Source of the DNA: Elsinoe ampelina
Lineage: Eukaryota
Reading direction: 5' to 3'
Assembly (NCBI GenBank): GCA_010093995.1
Contig: ML992515.1
Location: forward strand, 549,533-609,863
DNA length: 60,331 nt
Below are positions 12,689-24,160 of this stretch, piece by piece (the first letter of the stretch is position 1; the number at the start of each line of letters is the position of its first letter). The notes under the pieces were generated by a model that saw only the letters and a list, made by a program, of their open reading frames with translations, had not been told where the DNA came from and did no database searches. Made by a program: the position numbers and the translations under genes.

Positions 12689-12936
12689 AGCGGACTTTTA
12701 CAGATGGTGAAGTTAAATTGTCTGATGAGGAATAGTGTGACGGGTCAATGCGAGAGTGGACAGCGCTTTGAATCCGAGAAGTCGAAGAATTATGTTGATA
12801 CAGCTGCTGATCTGGTTGCAGAGCCAGATACGTCACAACGGCGCAAAGTCAAACCCTAGTCTTCACGATACTGCGCGGGACAAAGTCCAATACCACCGGG
12901 GGTACCATTGCTCGACTGGTGTGCTCCGAGAAATCA

Positions 12937-14010
12937 TTACTTAATGGCCCTTGGTCCATCAAAATCTGTCAACAGACTAATGAGTAGAGTCGTGATCTTG
13001 CTGGAAAATTCCTTTATGGATTCTCCAGCACCCACGTGTCTGTCGGGATGCCAAAGCATGATCTCCTGTCTCAAGTTCTGCCTGTATCTTCCGTCTCTAT
13101 CAAGCAGTCTCCGTAGCGTATGCTCGCAGGCTCGCAGATTGCCATGCGCCGAGCAGCTCGGAAACTCTCTACAGGGCCAAGACGGGGGTTGTGGAAGATC
13201 GGAGGCCCTGATCGCTTCGCCTTCTTTGCTTCGGTTCAGCGTGAGACGACAAGACTGCTTCCAGACGTGGTATGCGTCAACATCAGCTTCTCTACACGGC
13301 TCCCGTTCTGTTGGGGGAGGATTGGAATGTCGTCGTGACGGTCTCGGCTTCGGCTTCGGCGGTGATTCTGTTCGTGCGTTGCCATTGCTGGGTCGCTGGT
13401 GGTGTCCACCTTCAGTGTGACCAGTGTGATGAGATCCTGTCCTGGGCCCTTCGTTTGCCGCCTGCTGCTGTCGCGCATTGGCGTAATCTCGACTGAGTCG
13501 CTCGCGAGACTGATGGTCTGCAGATCCATGCGTTTGATGCGTTCCATAGTTACGGGAGCGTTCGGAGGATTGTGAATTGTCTGTCCTTGGGCGGAGGTCA
13601 GGGGAATCCCTACGGGACGAGTGGACTCGCGGTGACGCCAGTGCTCTGAAAATACATTTGACTAGACGGAAGAGCCATGGTAGTACCGTTGGTGCGAGAG
13701 ACAGCGCCGTAAGCGCCAGTAAGAGGATGAGGATGATGTACGCCACGTAGCCAAGGAATTCGAGCAGCGACGATAGAGCGGAAATTACGCCGTGGTAGGC
13801 CGCAGAGACGACACTACAGATACCATTCCAAATCAGAGAGGGCAAGTGCAAGACCCAGGTCGCTGCGTGAGCGATGGAGTCACCGATTTGCCTAAAGAAC
13901 CCTGTGATATCGTCCCATATATTCGTCAGGGAGATGGCCTGGATAGCCATTGTCCGGCGAGGGTGAACCTGGAGTCCGAATCGAGAGGTGAGAGTGATTG
14001 CAGGCGCCAT
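12937..14010 (-). CDS. Hypothetical membrane protein with C-terminal WHPD (J-domain-like) segment
   Basis: 357-aa single ORF with a hydrophobic block (~aa 50-120), a disordered middle and a C-terminal C..C..CEH.L...LRQEIMLWHPDR segment. Confidence 0.6.
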   Translation of the reverse strand: MAPAITLTSRFGLQVHPRRTMAIQAISLTNIWDDITGFFRQIGDSIAHAATWVLHLPSLIWNGICSVVSAAYHGVISALSSLLEFLGYVAYIILILLLALTALSLAPTVLPWLFRLVKCIFRALASPRVHSSRRDSPDLRPRTDNSQSSERSRNYGTHQTHGSADHQSRERLSRDYANARQQQAANEGPRTGSHHTGHTEGGHHQRPSNGNARTESPPKPKPRPSRRHSNPPPTEREPCREADVDAYHVWKQSCRLTLNRSKEGEAIRASDLPQPPSWPCREFPSCSAHGNLRACEHTLRRLLDRDGRYRQNLRQEIMLWHPDRHVGAGESIKEFSSKITTLLISLLTDFDGPRAIK

Positions 14011-14645
14011 GTTAGTAGTCTGTCCCTGATCATGGACTTACGCATCCGTATCAGCTTCGCGTCGATTCCTGGTCAATTGCTGCCACTTTCAGAACGTGCT
14101 GCTTGCAACAGATGTGAATCGGGGTCAATGTGTAAAGGAGGTGAAGAATCAGAAACAAGAAGTGAAGGTGTGCCTCCAGCTACCTGCGCCAATGGCTAGT
14201 CATATCCATCATGCGCGGTTACCATGCACGTTTGCCTGAAGCTGTGCAACACGCCGTCAATCGCCAGCACATAGTCTGTTATCACGGATCGAGCACACAG
14301 GACCCTATCAAACCACTGACCGCGTCAAGAACGACTCCAACAGATTATGTGGCTTTGCATGAGTGCCCCCAAGAAATGCTGCACAACATGTGACGATGTA
14401 TGGGATGGTGGAGTCCACGCTGGACGCGGTGTGTCAACACGTGACTGCGAGCTCCGATGCGGCTGAAATTTTGGCGGGGCTACAGGTCGACCGTCAACAT
14501 ATGAAAACATCCATCTACATTTCTCTTTGTACAGAATCACATTGATCGCAACTGCACTTTTTATTCCGATCGCATCGATTGCAACTCTTAAGCCTCCCAG
14601 CGCACAACTCAGCACTTTACAGAGACCAATTTCATTACTGCCATC

Positions 14646-15602
14646 ATGGGGGAGTCCAGGTCAGTTTACCGCCAGGCTCCAGCTGGTCGACCATAGCAAG
14701 CTGACATTCATCTTACAGACAAGAGCTGCTCGCATGGGCCAATAGTCTGCTCCAGCTCAATCTGACCAAGGTCGAGCAGTTCGGCACTGGGTAAGTAGAC
14801 GGTGAAGCATCAATGGGTTGAGCTGACATCTCTAGCGCGCCGTACTGCCAGATCTACGACAGCATCTTCCGTAAGACACCCATCAGGAACTGCAGCGCCA
14901 GAGTCTAATAAAGCGCAGTGGATCTTCCAATGTCAAGAGTCAAATTCAACGTCAATAGCGAATGGCAATACCTCGAAAACTTCAAGATCCTGTCCAGTAG
15001 GCGTCACCTCAAGCTGTCAGCATGGACTGTTGCTGACGAAGGCAGGCACGTTCCGCAAACACCAGATCGAGAGAACAATACCGGTCGAGATGCTTATCAA
15101 GTGCAAGATGCAGGACAATCTGGAATTCCTGCAGTGGACAAAGAGATTCTGGGACCAATACTTTCCCGGAGGCGACTACGACGCGCTAGCCCGCCGTAAG
15201 GGGTCGGGCGCTCCAGCAGCAAGCGGTGGCTCCAGCATGCGCGCATCCACCACTAAGCGACCGGCCGCCGCAGCTAGCACGACCACTCGTGCCGCCCGCC
15301 CTGCAGCAGCAGGTGCCGCAGCCGGCGTTTCCAGCGCTGCAGTCACTAAGCTGCAGACAGAGAACGCTGCGCTGACTGAGACGGTACAAGGTCTTGAGCG
15401 AGAGCGCGACTTCTATTTCAGCAAGCTACGCGACATTGAGCTTCTTGTACAAAGCGCATTCGAAGCCGAGCCAGAGCTGGAGAACGAAGAAGGAGGACTT
15501 ATGAAGCAGATCCAGACGATTTTGTACAGCACAGAAGAGGGCTTCGAGATACCAGCAGAGGAAGACGGAGCCGGTGAGGTCGCCGAAGAAGAAACGTTCT
15601 AG
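14646..15602 (+). CDS. BIM1: EB1/Bim1 microtubule plus-end tracking protein; 4 introns
   Basis: Spliced MGESRQELLAWANSLLQLNLTKVEQFGTG...CQIYDSIF.DLPMSRVKF (CH domain), KMQDNLEFLQW, EBH domain LERERDFYFSKLRDIE, C-terminal EEETF. Confidence 0.95.
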
Positions 15603-16006
15603 GATACTGGATTCGATGAGATGACCGATGTGATGGATGAGCCGGGAACGGAGACGGAAGTGTCGCCGTTGTCGCACGACCGCTTGAGGGAGGTGGCGGA
15701 AAAGGCCTCCGCGCAGTCAGCGATCGACGAGTACATGGCGAACAAAAGGGCAAGTATGAGTGGTGAGGGATTGGCGAAGCTATCCATCTCTTCTCCAGCC
15801 CAGGAGGTGATCACCGCGCGTGTGGTAAGCATTGAATAGAGCAGTCCTCATCTAGGAGGAAAAAAGAGTCACGATATACCACGAGCGAAGCGGCATGAGC
15901 AGCACGAACTAGACGCAAACAGAAAAGCATCCCGTACCAAACAAACACATTACATTAACAATCGGCCCTATTTCTTTTGTTCATAACATCATCACTTTCC
16001 CAACCG

Positions 16007-17143
16007 CTACGTCGCCAATCTCTCAGGCACATCCCACGGCGCCTCAAACGGCACCATCTCCCACGGTCCCTCACCCCAGTACCTACTCGAATACGTCTCC
16101 CGATCGGTAAGATGCATATACCCCTTATAATTCTGCATACTGAGGTACCTCACGCTCTGCCCTTCTCCCGCCGTGAGCGAAACGAAACACCTCACCCCTC
16201 CCCCGTCCTTGCTTTCCACCCTCGCCACTTTCGCGCTCACGACATCCCACCCTTCTTCTTCCTCCTCCCCGTCCGACGGAGAAGCAAAGGGAGAGGAAGG
16301 GCGGAAATATATCGTCCCCCCACCGCCCGTCGCGACGGACGCGACGTAGCTCGTGTTCACCACAGCAGGATGCAGCGCGCCGTCGACGAGAGCGAAAGCG
16401 CTGCGCTCAGGGGTGGAGATGGCGAGGTTGGTGTTTGCGCGGAGCATGTTGAGCAGGTCGAGCCAGGGGTAGGCTGTGCGGCCGTCTGTCTTGGAGGGGC
16501 CGGTGGAGAGGGCGAAGGAGGAGAGGGGACAGAGGGATGGGTCCAGTTGGTCTGTCGCTGCTCCTGGGGCGGGGGAGGCCTGGCGGGGTGCGACGGCCGG
16601 AGTGGGGGTAGGGGTTGGGATGGGCGAGACAGGGAACGGGAGGAGCTCAAAGGGGCCGGAACCCCATTGTCGGTTGGAATAGTTCGGGTCTGAGGTGAGG
16701 TGCAACCAGCCTTTGTAGTTTTGCATGGAGATGAAGGTGTTGTTGCCGCTGGCGAAGGTGGCGTGGCATTTTTGGGATTTGGCGTTCCATTTGGCGGTCA
16801 CGAAGATGGGTTTGCCGCCTGCTTTTCCTGGAGGGTGGAACTCGATGACGCCGCCTTCTGGGGGCACTTTGGCGAGGATCTGCGTGTTGTTGGCGGAGTA
16901 GAGACGAGAGTTCTTCACCAGGAAGGTGGCGCGGGAGGGTGTGTCGATGTCCAAGGTGGAGATGGCCCGGATCCAGTCCGTGTTGTCGAGCCAGAAGAAG
17001 GCTTCGCGGCCGTCGGTGATGGAGGGCCCGAGGGAGACGGCGAAGGTGGTGGGGCAGGAGGGGGGGTACTTCTTTTGCGTGGTGGCCGGGAGGGCGAGGG
17101 CGGAGGCCGCCGCGAGGAGGGGGAGAAGGGTAGAGGGGTGCAT
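16007..17143 (-). CDS. Secreted protein made of two tandem copies of a ~145-aa unknown domain
   Basis: Signal peptide MHPSTLLPLLAAASALALP. Two repeats (CP..FA.S.GPS.TDGR.A..WLD ... SMQNYKG..HLT....YS.R.WG.GP.E..PF) joined by a P/T/A linker. Confidence 0.8.
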   Translation of the reverse strand: MHPSTLLPLLAAASALALPATTQKKYPPSCPTTFAVSLGPSITDGREAFFWLDNTDWIRAISTLDIDTPSRATFLVKNSRLYSANNTQILAKVPPEGGVIEFHPPGKAGGKPIFVTAKWNAKSQKCHATFASGNNTFISMQNYKGWLHLTSDPNYSNRQWGSGPFELLPFPVSPIPTPTPTPAVAPRQASPAPGAATDQLDPSLCPLSSFALSTGPSKTDGRTAYPWLDLLNMLRANTNLAISTPERSAFALVDGALHPAVVNTSYVASVATGGGGTIYFRPSSPFASPSDGEEEEEGWDVVSAKVARVESKDGGGVRCFVSLTAGEGQSVRYLSMQNYKGYMHLTDRETYSSRYWGEGPWEMVPFEAPWDVPERLAT

Positions 17144-17822
17144 GATTGTGAGTGGGTAGGTGTGAGAGAGATATGGGAGGAATGCCAGAGGGATATATAT
17201 TGTTACTTACATCTCTGTGTCACCGGATGAGGCGCCGCTTTTTCTGCACGGTCATAGAGGATTTTCGTCTGCATGGGGCTTTTTGGTATAGTCTTACGTG
17301 AAGTGCGACTAGCAGGCTCGTATAAAAGTATAAAAGGTGGAAGATGAGAGACTGGCCCTGAAAATGAAGTGGGTCATGTGCTCTGTGCTCGCATTCCCGC
17401 GATCCCGTCTCGTCAAAGTGGCTACAGTAAGTTTACTGTGATTGCTGGAGAATCAGCCGCCGCAGATCGTCCCCTGTCTCTGCTCCTTCGGAAGACGGAG
17501 GTCTGCGCTTCCTGACCTATCAGATTTGGGGCCTGGCTGACTAAGCTCATGCCCGTAATTTTTGCATGTTCATAACGCGAACGACAGCAGCTTTGATTGC
17601 CACCATCGTTGACTGTTAAGCGTATACAAGAGTAAGCACAAAGTCGTGGGGATGAAGCAACATAAGCGTCATTTTAAAATTGGCGTCCAAGTGCAAGGGG
17701 CTCGCTCTACTACCTGATCATATACGTCTTTGACAGGAGAAGACTACGATTCTGCCTTCTACGCACTTTCTAGTTTGCAACCTTGTACTTGATCTCTGGA
17801 AACAAAGATTCGTGTTGCCACC

Positions 17823-18855
17823 ATGTCCGATTTCTTCAGCGTACACCCTGAAATGACCATCGAAGTATGCATAGCCCGCGCCGAAAGCATCACCGGACAG
17901 AAAGTATCGGCTCTTCATTGGCAAGGATATCACAGCTGCACGTTACAGTCGGAGGGCGGCCAGACTGTCGTGCAATTTAGATCCGAAGCGTCTCCTCTCG
18001 ATCAAGAGGTGATGGATCTCGCCCGCAATATCCATGGACGATTGGTACCCAAAACCACTCGAATCATAAGCCCACAATCAGAGACATTCACCGTCTGGGA
18101 GATGGAGAAACTGAGAGGTGTGGGTTTCCTAGCCATCGTCAGCAGCGATCAGATTGATAAGATGGTGAAGAACACCGTACAGGACATGGCTGAGTGAATC
18201 ATCGAAGAAACCTCTTCCAGAGTAATAGTGCTGACGTTGATCAAGTTTCTTTGCTGATGCATGGGAGCATCCGCATAACATTGCTTGTGAGAAGAAGGCC
18301 GCATTCGCCAAACGCACCTCTGCGATACTGGGGCGACTGGCCGCAAATCTACCCGCATCATTGCAGGATCACGCAAAAGAGACGGCCAGCAAACTTTCCG
18401 AAATCATCGAAGTGTTACCTTGGGTTTTGACACACGGAGATTTATCGAGTATGAATATCCTTGTTGACTCCGACAGCGCCCATTTGGAGGGAGTCGTGGA
18501 CTGGGCGGAAGCCGAGATACTACCCTTTGGTATTGGTCTCTGGGGATTTGAAGATATCCTTGGATACGCAGATGCTGGTGGCTGGCACTGGATCAACGAT
18601 GATCAGGGGCATGAAAGCCGATGCTCGTTCATCAGATCTCTGCTCCACAGAATTGGACCAGTGGACGACAAGACGCTTGCAGCGATCGAGACTGCTCGAA
18701 CTCTCGGATTGCTCTTGCGATACGGCTCCGATGGCGAAGACCCATCACCAACAACGGAAAGACTGTTGGGCGAACTTCTCGACCGTACGTACATGCAATT
18801 GCAGCGGAGTGCAGAGCTAATTCCCAATGGCACAGATAGATTGATAAAACAGTAA
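17823..18855 (+). CDS. Aminoglycoside-phosphotransferase/kinase-like protein; 1 intron
   Basis: WQGYHSCT, VVQFR, WEMEKLRG, intron 18194-~18246, then DFFADAW...LPWVLTHGDLSSMNILVD..GVVDWAEAEILPFG (HGDxxxxN and DW motifs). Confidence 0.85.
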
Positions 18856-19555
18856 AGTATGAAATGAGAAGGCCTCGATCGTCCATAATGACACAGACAC
18901 CGTAAGGACAAAAGCCACGCGCAATTTCTTGTGGTTAGGGTCCCTCGTAGGTCTTGGGCACCATCATCTGTGCCTGCTTATTCGACGAAACCATACTCCC
19001 GCAAGATGTACAACAGTCCTTCTTCGCCCAGGTCCCGCTTGCCATCAATGAACACCTTGTGGGGTCCCCGGACCGTTGGTGCATGGACGGTTTTGCCCTT
19101 CCAGGAGACTATCCCGTCTTCTCCCCTGACTGCCTGCCATGCGGTGATGTGCGTGGCTGGACCGTGGCACACACGATGCTCAGGGCAAGCCAAAGTCCCC
19201 AGATCACCAAAGTCAAATTCAACCAGCTCTCCCGACTGCTGATCGGAGACTCCAAGACCCTCAGTTGTGGCACGGTGTTCAGGTGCCTGGCGTGGTCAAG
19301 GTGACGAATTGGAGGGGCGGGACAATATCACCCCCGCCGCAGATGGTACTGAGCGAGCGGCGCGGCCGCCATTCTCCGTATGCCTCAATCATCACGAAGT
19401 GATGCCTGGCCTCAGCAACGACCGCTGCGCTACCCTGATCAGGTTTGGCTCGTGTGACTTCAACAGGACTTCTTCGCGCAATGTGAGAAGACGGGAAGAT
19501 GTCGTCGATCTTATTTCTCCTTCCTTCAACTAGGCATGCCTTGTGGCTCGCCATG

Positions 19556-20461
19556 TCAGCTGTTCTCATTCTTGCCTCTCACGCACCACAGAGGATCCGA
19601 CCCGCCCATACCCATCATGCGCATCAAGTCTTTGAGTCCCCTCTGCGCACCTTGATCCTGGCCAGCTTCACCGCCCTGGTCTTCACCTTCTTTGAGGTCG
19701 AGGATTTCAATGTTGGACCAGCCAGCAAAGTGTAGAAAATCTCCAACCATCTGCAATCTTTCATCTTCAGTCACCCGCAGCCACCTACTGACAGCCTTTG
19801 TTGGGAAGCATCGATTCGAAATGATGAGGTGCACGGTCCCTCCTTGTTTTGTCCTTTCTCGCAACGACTTGAGCACTTCCACCGGCTTGGTAAGATAGTC
19901 TATACTGACGACACATGTCGCAGCGTCTAGCTTCTCCTGCCCGGATGCCTCATCGGGAATGCTAGGATTCTCGTTGAGATCCTGAATAATACTACCAGCG
20001 TTGAGGAAAGTGTTTTTGTCCAATTCTGCCTTGTTCATGCCCATGCCTACCACTTGCAGCTCTCCCGAATCAACAGCCTTTTCAACTCTTGCCGGGTAGT
20101 GTGACACCCATGAGGAACAGAAATCGAGTATCCGGCCACGATTTGGGAGGGCGCTGTCGTAGTATCGCCGGAGTGACTCGATGGCCGCATCATCAATGTG
20201 TGTCACGAATCGTGGTGGACCATAGAATTGCGAATCGTTGGAGGAGTCCTGCCGCGTAAAGTCGGAAGGATTGTATGGCCAGGAAGTGTGTCGCGGTGTG
20301 TATGCAGTCGGCGTATACTGAAACGTGGACATTGCACGTGCTGTCGTTTTATTGCTCGATGGTAGACTTCCCGAAAGAAAGTAGGTTGTCGTTGCGGCTG
20401 CAGCTATACCGAGACTGAGAACAGGTCTGTGAGGGAATAGGGATGGACGCAGCATCAGCAT
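19556..20461 (-). CDS. SAM-dependent methyltransferase type 11-like protein
   Basis: DFTRQD...FYGPPRFVTHIDDAAI, ILDFCSSWVSHYP, GMGMN..EL, VSIDYLTKP, ISNRCFPTKA. Confidence 0.85.
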   Translation of the reverse strand: MLMLRPSLFPHRPVLSLGIAAAATTTYFLSGSLPSSNKTTARAMSTFQYTPTAYTPRHTSWPYNPSDFTRQDSSNDSQFYGPPRFVTHIDDAAIESLRRYYDSALPNRGRILDFCSSWVSHYPARVEKAVDSGELQVVGMGMNKAELDKNTFLNAGSIIQDLNENPSIPDEASGQEKLDAATCVVSIDYLTKPVEVLKSLRERTKQGGTVHLIISNRCFPTKAVSRWLRVTEDERLQMVGDFLHFAGWSNIEILDLKEGEDQGGEAGQDQGAQRGLKDLMRMMGMGGSDPLWCVRGKNENS

Positions 20462-21915
20462 TGGGAGATGTAGGCTCCTCTTACAAGATTATCGTTGTTC
20501 TCGAGATGCACCAGGTCGCCTTGAAGTCGTACACAGCTAATGCGTAGCGTACTTACCTCTAAGCTTCATGTCGTCATTGATGAATCTTGGAGATCCCGCA
20601 GAAGATCTGGAAGACAGTCCGGCTACGTTTATGCGAGCAATTCGACTGCCGCCTACCGTTGATGCATAGGAGACGCTGTATGACTGCATCCTCCCTTGGA
20701 CCTGCATGCTGTAATTTTTGTTGTTCCTTCATCTCTTGCTCTCGAACAGTCTTCTCAAAGTGACTAAGCTGATAGAGTTCCGAGAGTGATCTGTATTTGG
20801 ACACGTCAAAGCTTATCCAGCGATTGTCGGAGAATCATCTGCACGCTACGCAGATCATGCGGACAGTCCCACAGCGCGGGGTTTGTGAGAGAGCAAAGCC
20901 ACTTTCTCGAGTGTCGAGCTGCCTGAAGGGTCACTGCTAAACGATGGTGCAGTAGCTCCACGACAGCTCAGACCCTGTTGGTTATTGGTGTATCGAGGGC
21001 ATCTCGAGGCACAGCTCTCTGGTGGGGGTTCAAGCAGCCGAGCTGAGCAACGGATGGGGAATGGGGAAGATAACGACACCATCGACGCCCACGCCTCGTG
21101 CGATATCGGGAAAAAGGATCCGGCTTCACACGGGATCCCACGGGAGGGAGGTCCGCTGACTGACGCCGAGTGCCTGCGCGTTCGTATGCTTCATACCGTG
21201 ACGAATATCGACCATTGTGCGTGCGACATTTGTCCGTCATGTTGGCATGTAAAGTTGGCCAGCAGGATGCAGTGGAAGCGTCAACGTGCGCAGTCAAAAG
21301 GGTGCGACTGACCTGTGCTTGTGGCTTTTGCTGTAAAGAACCGTTGATCCGGGAAGCTGCGCTGATCGGCCGATTGTCTCCACGAACCTTGGAAGCGACC
21401 GGTTGCCAATCAGAAGGCAGCCCGGCTCTCGTGCTGCATTCGTCGTTGCGGGTTGCTTGCTCATCGTCGCGAAACACTTCACTGTTCCGACTCCTCTCCA
21501 TCCATCACCAACCCACAGAACACATCCCGGAACGAAGATAACCGTTCCATTTCGTCTTCTTTCCTCTCGGCTACACGTTTCCTTTCCCCACCGCGTTCAC
21601 ACACTGTTTCTCGACGATCAGGTCTTCCTGCAATCGTCGTTTCGGTCGAGCATCTTAACCTTCGGTCCGCTTCCACGACCGGACAAACACTCACCTCACC
21701 CTCGCGCTATCATCGCCGACAAGGTCGATACAGGCTTCTTCGCTCGTCGAAGTGAGTCGCATACCTTTCTTAACTTCACTCGCAGATTTTCACCTCGCTC
21801 CGACTGCTCGCTGCTGCTGCTGCTGCCACTGACTTGCCTTTGCGCTTACTCACGCGTGTTGAGCTTATTCTGACTCAATATCCCAGAGAAGCCATCTGCC
21901 TTATCACTCGTCAAC

Positions 21916-23100
21916 ATGGCACCTCCTGCAACTTCCGCCATCACTATGGCCTTTGCGAATCAATCCAATCTTGTCGACACCCTTGGTAGCGACTCCAACC
22001 TGGTTCCTGCGCGCTTCACTGCTGCTGCGGCCAACCATCCCGGAGGTCTTCTCCCGACTCCCCCTCACTCCATCTCTCCCAACCTGCCCGCTCATGCGGT
22101 TCGCGCTGGGCTCGCTTCTCCACCTCACCGTTCCTTGGATCATGATGTCGACTTGCAGGAAGCCCTCGACCACGCAAGAGCTCAGGATCAGCCAAACCTG
22201 CCTCCCGTTCCCTTGAGCAAAGAGGCCTTGTCCGATCTGCAGAAGGCTGAGGTCATCACCCCCACTCTCCTGGCTAAAAAGTACTTGCCCAAGATTCTAC
22301 TCGGTCACGGCGACGTCGCTATGCGCCACATCCTCGGGTGTCTCAATACCGATGTTCCTGGCTTCTCCAAGTTGGAACCCAACAAGGCCAGGCGCGTTGT
22401 CGGAGCAGCGCTCGAGAGTCGTGCTGGTGGTGGAGATGATGGCAACATCATGTTCGTCAAGGTCGGCTGGGGGCGTTGGTTGGCGCATCCAAAGGGCGAG
22501 AAGCCATCATCCCGCTCTATCAACACCTTCAGCCGCAGTCGCCTTTCTCCTGCAGCTTCCGATGTCAGCAGCACTGCAGCTTCATACTCCTCCACCTACC
22601 CTGTCAACAAGAAACTTCTGGTGTCATCCAAGATGCTCGGGCAGAGCTACACCGGATCCGACATGCCTTCTCTGGACGAAGGCCTCGAGGACATGTCCAT
22701 GAGCGATCACGAAGTTGACAACATGTCCCTCGACGGCTCCGACTCTGACTCTCTTTCCGACAGCGAGGGCGACGAGACCGACGAAGAGGATTGGGCTGCT
22801 ATCGGAGCCGAAGCCCTTCGTCGTCGCGACTCGAAACCTGCCGCAGCCACCGGGGGCGTAAGACGGAACTACAATCTTCTGTGCATACCCGGCCCTGTCT
22901 ATAAACGCCGCTTCTCTTCAACCAGCGGCATCTCCAAGACCTCTCGTCCGCGCGTCGCCTCATCCGCGCCGAACGATCACTTCATTTCTCGTCGATACTC
23001 TTCTCAGAACACCTTTAATAAGAACAATCAGGCCGACGCCATGGATGTGGATCCCGAGCGTGAAGCCGCTCGTGCTCTCTTGAGCTTGGGGTCCATGTAA
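21916..23100 (+). CDS. STB3: Stb3-like Sin3-binding / RRPE-binding transcription regulator
   Basis: ITP.LLA..YLP.ILL.HG..A.RHI..L...VPGFS....KARR.V..ALE...F.KVGWGRW, a TDEEDW motif and a C-terminal EAARALLSLG. Probable 5'UTR intron 21752-21886. Confidence 0.85.
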   Translation: MAPPATSAITMAFANQSNLVDTLGSDSNLVPARFTAAAANHPGGLLPTPPHSISPNLPAHAVRAGLASPPHRSLDHDVDLQEALDHARAQDQPNLPPVPLSKEALSDLQKAEVITPTLLAKKYLPKILLGHGDVAMRHILGCLNTDVPGFSKLEPNKARRVVGAALESRAGGGDDGNIMFVKVGWGRWLAHPKGEKPSSRSINTFSRSRLSPAASDVSSTAASYSSTYPVNKKLLVSSKMLGQSYTGSDMPSLDEGLEDMSMSDHEVDNMSLDGSDSDSLSDSEGDETDEEDWAAIGAEALRRRDSKPAAATGGVRRNYNLLCIPGPVYKRRFSSTSGISKTSRPRVASSAPNDHFISRRYSSQNTFNKNNQADAMDVDPEREAARALLSLGSM

Positions 23101-24160
23101 TACTCCAACACACCACATCACAACCTGCAGTAGTCCTCAGACCTGGGACACTGCCACTTTCTCTGCTTTTTTTTGCTTCATGTTATCGGGCTACAGGCGG
23201 CAGGCCCGGAAATACACGAATGGAATGATGATACCCCCTTTTTGGAAACTACCACGACTCAGAACCGACACTGGGCACCAGTTTCGACCGCCGATCAAGT
23301 CAAGTGCTGACGCTGGCGATGAATCGAAATCCTGGATTGACACGGGTGGCGCACTGAATATCTTTGCCTCTCTTCGAATTCTCTGTTACGACCATGGATA
23401 TGACCGAAACTCTCAACTCAAACCAACAACAAAACACATATCACAACTTCACTTCAACGACGCTTTTCAGCGTTGTCATCTCTGTAGAATGGAATGGAGA
23501 AGCATTCACCTGAAATGATGAATGCTTCACAGATGGAAAAGTCGGTGCCAGCAAAGGGCGAAAGCGCGAGGACTGCATCATGGCCCACTTTTCTTCAATC
23601 ACAGACTTGTATACGACGGGCATGGATGATTATCGACGGGCATCGTCTCGAGACTCGAAGATCGAACAGCCCCAACTCTTTGAGGTCTCTTCCTTGCCTG
23701 TGCACAAGGTGTTGCTGGATGCGGAGGACTGCGAGCAGGAAAGCAGAGCAGTGATGGATGTGTCATTAGCTTGAATTACATCTTCGAGGCTTTTCGACCT
23801 GCTCTTTCAGTGTAGCATAGCCAGAAACGACACTTTATGTGTGCAATACAAAGACCTCGACCAGCTTCTATTTGCTAATACATGCCATGGGATCCGTCCT
23901 GTATGCGTATCGTGGTTCTTGTGGAGACAGTCCGAGGTTGCAATCAGGATCACTCCAACCGCGGTCCGGTCACGTGAACGGTTTGATATCTAACGTTTAT
24001 CTCTGAACTTCGTCATTGTCCCAACATCGAATTCGTGAAGCTTCTGAATTTTCCTAATTGAGCTCGGCCGTGCAGGTATCATCCTCAGCTCGCAGATTTG
24101 CATATAGCAACTAAACCTGTCGCCTGTTCAGTGTTGCGCGCAAACCGCCTGGCCGTCACA

